A stretch of DNA of 64,000 nt from Chara braunii (lineage: Eukaryota; Plantae; Charophyceae), in NCBI GenBank assembly GCA_003427395.1, contig BFEA01000018.1, forward strand, positions 5,506,808 to 5,570,807, read 5' to 3'. The number at the start of each line of letters is the position of its first letter. The first letter of the stretch is position 1. Positions 61,742-64,000 of this stretch are shown here, one piece after another. The position numbers were made by a program, and so were the translations under genes. The notes beneath the pieces were generated by a model. The model saw only the letters and a list, made by a program, of their open reading frames with translations, did not search any database and had not been told where the DNA came from.

Positions 61742-61744
<3 letters not shown>

Positions 61745-61824
<80 letters not shown>

Positions 61825-61825
61825 N

Positions 61826-61916
<91 letters not shown>
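61745..61916. repeat. (CT)n(TG)n microsatellite just downstream of the CYP37 stop
   Basis: Direct inspection. Confidence 0.95.
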
Positions 61917-61917
<1 letters not shown>

Positions 61918-61929
61918 TTCAAGCGCAGG

Positions 61930-63666
61930 TTAGCTACTTGCTTGCTTGGGGATGAGAAGACGGTCAGCGCCGGCAACCAGCTTAGCAGATTCAATGATGT
62001 CCCCCGTCTGCAGCTGGGGAAGAACTTCCCGCCCTTTGGTGACATACCCGAAGACGGCAAAGTTCCCCTCATCAAACGAGAGCCCACCGAGACCCGACTG
62101 ACGTTTATCATACAGATAGAAGAAGAATTGGGACGGCGAGGAGTTGGTCTCCGAGTTGGGGTCATGCGCCATAGCCACTGCGCCGTAAACGGACAAAGGG
62201 AGAACCGGCAGCTCGCCGTCCTGGACGTCCAATGTAGTTCTATAGAGGGGTTGAAAATCGCCAGCTGGCATGATTTCCAAAGGCGTGGATCGTCGTTGCG
62301 ATGACAACGACCCCGCCTTTTCCTTCTCGTTCACGTTGTCCGACAAGATGGCATTAGGAGTAACCCTGAGTGGAATTCCGTCGTACGTCTTTCTCTTAAC
62401 TAGGTCAGCGAAATTGCCAGCTGTCAGAGGGGCAGAGTATCCATCCAGAACCACCTCCAACGTGGCAGTCTTTTGTGGTCCCCCCCCCGCCGCCAGTGTA
62501 AACGACCCATCTCCACCCTCCCCCCTCCCTTCCCCCCCAGCTCTCCTAATCTTCATCTCTACCGTCGCTCTACCTGTCAGCCTCGGTAAGTCCTGATACT
62601 GCGCGGGAAGCAGAAACGGCAGCCCTGGTGCTTGCAGAAGCTTCAGCTGTGCCAAGTCATCCAGAGCAGACGCCAACAGCACCGATATCCGGTCGGGATC
62701 CTTGTCATCAATCGCCTTCAGCAGTCTCGGCAGTCCCGACTCCGGATTTACCAGTTTGTTGTACTGTGCTTCCCCTTTTGCCCGCAAGTTGGCGGGAACG
62801 GACTCGAGGATGGCGTTTCTGTCCTCTTCTGTCAACTTCAGCACATCTCGCACGTTCTTTGCCATGGAGCCGTACGGCTTGCGTTGGGGGATGCGGAGAA
62901 GGTAGGAGATTTCCTCCAGCTCGTTCTGCATCTTCTTGACGGAGTGATTAACGGCGGGGATGGCGCGTCGTAATGCCACGTCGGCAGAGCGAGGCACTTT
63001 CGTGTCGGGGGAGAACAACACCGCTTCCGCTGGCTGTGGTCCCCACCACCCCTGGCACCACCATTCCTCTCCCCCCCCCGTCGTGGATTCCCCTGACATT
63101 GGCGCCCCCGCTTGGAGTATCGTCGTCAAGACCGTCGCAACGACCACCTTTGCCACTCCCGATCCCATCTGCCATCCCGATCCCCATCCTGACGTACTAC
63201 TTTTTTCCGGCAGCTGTGGTGCCGATACCCCGTCCGCAGGCGGGCGAACAGAAGCGCGGCTCTCGGCGCCGCCGCGGTGGTCCGCTTGCGCTCTTGCCAT
63301 GTGATGATTGTGCGCACGGACCCGCCACGTGTCCTGCTGCTGTTGGCCATCTCCGCGCCCTCCTTCGGACCTCAGCAGCCCCCGGGGGGATCGGTGGCCA
63401 TTGCGTCCCGATCGCGCCGAGCTAAGCGGCAGAAGACCGCCGTGGCCGACGTGGCAGCGTATCTGGTTTCCATGCACGTGAGGGCCACGAGGCCCCGAGC
63501 ACCGCGCACGTGAGAGCCACGAGGCATCACGGAAACCGCACACGTCATGGCCACTCCCTCTCCCAGACGTTGACACGTGTCGCGGTTCCTGATGACGAGC
63601 GCCCACGAGCGGGGCAGCAGCCGTGGCACTGCTGCAAGCGCACGCATGTCCCACGCTGCACGTCAT
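61930..63666 (-). CDS. CYP37: Thylakoid-lumen cyclophilin-type peptidyl-prolyl cis-trans isomerase CYP37 (CYP38/TLP40-related), single exon
   Basis: VLFSPDTKVPR..ALRRAIPA, ISYLLRIPQRKPYG, DGYSAPLTAGNF, LPVLPLSVYGAVAMAH, SQFFFYLYDKR.SGLGGLSFDEG.FAVFGYV match plant CYP37. Long Arg/Ser-rich transit peptide, hydrophobic stretch and AEA|V lumen cleavage site. The ORF track starts at a TTG (63711); the first ATG is 63666 (GCCATGA). Confidence 0.92.
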   Translation of the reverse strand: MTCSVGHACACSSATAAAPLVGARHQEPRHVSTSGRGSGHDVCGFRDASWLSRARCSGPRGPHVHGNQIRCHVGHGGLLPLSSARSGRNGHRSPRGLLRSEGGRGDGQQQQDTWRVRAHNHHMARAQADHRGGAESRASVRPPADGVSAPQLPEKSSTSGWGSGWQMGSGVAKVVVATVLTTILQAGAPMSGESTTGGGEEWWCQGWWGPQPAEAVLFSPDTKVPRSADVALRRAIPAVNHSVKKMQNELEEISYLLRIPQRKPYGSMAKNVRDVLKLTEEDRNAILESVPANLRAKGEAQYNKLVNPESGLPRLLKAIDDKDPDRISVLLASALDDLAQLKLLQAPGLPFLLPAQYQDLPRLTGRATVEMKIRRAGGEGRGEGGDGSFTLAAGGGPQKTATLEVVLDGYSAPLTAGNFADLVKRKTYDGIPLRVTPNAILSDNVNEKEKAGSLSSQRRSTPLEIMPAGDFQPLYRTTLDVQDGELPVLPLSVYGAVAMAHDPNSETNSSPSQFFFYLYDKRQSGLGGLSFDEGNFAVFGYVTKGREVLPQLQTGDIIESAKLVAGADRLLIPKQASS

Positions 63667-64000
63667 GGCTGACAGGTCAGAGCGGAGTCTCACCCGACGC
63701 CACGTGTACAAGCGCGCACGGGCAGGTAGCCTGGGCCCAAAAATCGTATGCTTGGCGACGGACCCGTTTTCTTAACCCAGACTTTGCGGATCCGGTTTGG
63801 TTGGGCAGGGTTTCGAACTCCGCACGCCGCGGACGCCAAAACAGGAACCACCCCACTCTCTGGCCCCTGGTAGCTTCAGCTGGTGGCTCAGGGCAGAATC
63901 ACACAATCACCAGAGACTTTGCTGACCGAATCTGGCCCTGATACCTGTCAGATACCTCCAGGAAAGTGCGGGTAAGGAACTGCGAGTTTGCTGTGACGGA

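Noticed and set aside
61930-63711. 593-aa start given by the ORF track
   Set aside because: It begins at TTG; the first in-frame ATG in good context is at 63666.

Overview
Repeat-rich eukaryotic DNA from a green plant or alga. The element families and the chloroplast-targeted gene suggest a streptophyte alga such as Chara (inference). The only intact host gene is an apparently intronless thylakoid-lumen cyclophilin CYP37 (61930-63666, minus). Most of the window is nested mobile DNA. It contains two decayed chromodomain-bearing Ty3/gypsy LTR retrotransposons (2505-11144 plus; 36248-52219 minus), each with a tRNA-iMet PBS, a PPT and a G_GGA_AAC -1 frameshift signal. It also contains a PIF/Harbinger-type MITE in one LTR, several LINE relics, tRNA-derived SINEs, hAT-like non-autonomous elements, microsatellites and two N gaps. 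The most unusual signal is a ~7 kb insert (about 42001-49018) inside the gag of the second element. It carries an array of nine copies of a 20-nt core (CATTGTTTCTAAGACGAATG) with unique spacers, where each copy's flanks differ but mostly pair to extend a stem-loop. A second cluster of long hairpins follows the array, and LSU rRNA fragments in both orientations precede it. There are also hammerhead ribozyme motifs at 61348-61600 (tandem pair, one with an intact core) and 11253-11297 (Penelope-type minimal motif). All structures were paired by eye; none were computed.
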